The notes beneath the pieces were generated by a model. It was not told where the DNA came from. It worked only from the letters and a program-made list of their open reading frames with translations, and made no database searches. From Thalia democratica (lineage: Eukaryota): DNA of 64,000 nt. Positions 63,146 through 64,000 of the stretch are shown piece after piece. Made by a program: the position numbers and the translations under genes. Position 1 is the stretch's first letter. Each line of letters begins with the position of its first letter. The stretch spans positions 44,082,001-44,146,000 of the forward strand of contig OZ241831.1 in the NCBI GenBank assembly GCA_965202585.1. Direction: 5' to 3'.

Positions 63146-63979
63146 TCGCATCTTTACGCACTCGTGACGTTACGCACTCTCGTTTAGTTACGCATTTTAA
63201 AATTCTAAAAAATTCAAAAAAAAATTTAATTTTTTTTAATATTGCACAAATTAAGTTTATTTTATATTTTTAATGTAAAATATGTTTCTAAATGCTAACT
63301 CACCTCACTATATCTTTAGACTTTGTAAACTTATGTTCCTTGACTAACTGATAAACATTTAGTTTTACTTCAGTATATCAGAAATTTTATAAACAATAAG
63401 AGTTTAAATTAAATTTCTGAAAGATATATGACTGTCTTAAATAATGAAAGTATAATGAAATAATGAAATTTCAAAACACAAACCAACAATTCAGCACTCT
63501 TGCCCTATATATGAACAAACATCTAAAAAATAAATCTTATGAAACTTCCTAGCAAAAAGTAGCAGTGATACTTAATAAATATAGAGTTTACATTTAACAC
63601 AAATTCTTAATTATAAATTGAATTTTCTAAGTAGAATAGAGTATAAATGTTTAGTATCATATAAATCACATATAAAAAAGATAAAATCTACTTATTATTA
63701 AAATTAGTAAAAAATTTCTAAAAGTATTATTATTTTATATAAGTTTGAATCCTTTTGTTAGTATATGTATTATTTTATCTTTTGTTTTCATATTTATAAA
63801 TAAATTAAACAATTTTTTTAAAAGTGAGAAAGTGCCCAGTCTGCTTTTAATTAGCAGCAATATCAAAAAATAGCCATTATAGTAAGTATATTTGGTACCT
63901 CTCGTATCTTTACGATCTCTCGTATCTTTACGCAGTATTTCTGTGGACACAATGTGCGTAAATAAGCGAGAGGTTACTG
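63146..63979. mobile_element. pogo/Tigger-like (Tc1/mariner superfamily) non-autonomous element, 834 bp
   Basis: 26-bp TIR CAGTAACCTCTCGC(ATC/TTA)TTTACGCAC (24/26 identical), TA TSD at 63144-63145 and 63980-63981, subterminal direct repeats CTCTCGTATCTTTACG. Confidence 0.82.
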
Positions 63980-64000
63980 TAATTTGATTTTTAACCCTTT

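Noticed and set aside
56977-63950. ORFs inside MITEs (56977-57192, 63735-63950) as transposase remnants
   Set aside because: No DDE or DNA-binding motifs; chance ORFs.
1-64000. CRISPR arrays, rRNA, tRNA, prokaryotic operons, autonomous transposons
   Set aside because: No regularly spaced repeat-spacer array, cloverleaf or rRNA-like tract, and no RT/transposase ORF seen; the sequence is spliceosomal-intron eukaryotic DNA.

Overview
This is an AT-rich intron-containing eukaryotic (invertebrate metazoan) genomic window; the exact taxon cannot be determined from the sequence. (1) 1-28.3 kb, minus strand: the 5' part of a rootletin/CROCC-family coiled-coil gene. It has 20 phase-consistent exons (3069 nt, 1023 codons) and runs off the left edge. 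It also contains one GC-AG intron, an extra 656-684 nt coding exon not needed for the canonical frame, and several CpG-rich promoter-like islands inside introns. (2) 32.8-54.0 kb: six intact three-exon genes for a 148-aa secreted single-CUB-domain protein, arranged -/+ -/+ -/+ as three head-to-head pairs (a triplicated ~8.2-8.5 kb unit). The proteins are almost identical, the diagnostic variants are mosaic across copies (gene-conversion-like), and a promoter module is mirrored on both sides of each pair. (3) 59.3-62.2 kb, minus strand: the last two coding exons of a TMEM47/PERP-like PMP22/claudin-superfamily gene. Repeats include hAT-type MITEs with 8-bp TSDs (one with its empty site in a paralogous segment) and a pogo/Tigger-like MITE with a TA TSD. 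There is also a family of asymmetric 'inverted repeat + ~60-bp tail' insertions with 13-14-bp direct repeats that carry minimal hammerhead-ribozyme motifs (Penelope-like; one copy has an intact core). I recognised no rRNA, tRNA, CRISPR array or transposase/RT ORF. All alignments, counts and splice models were made by eye.
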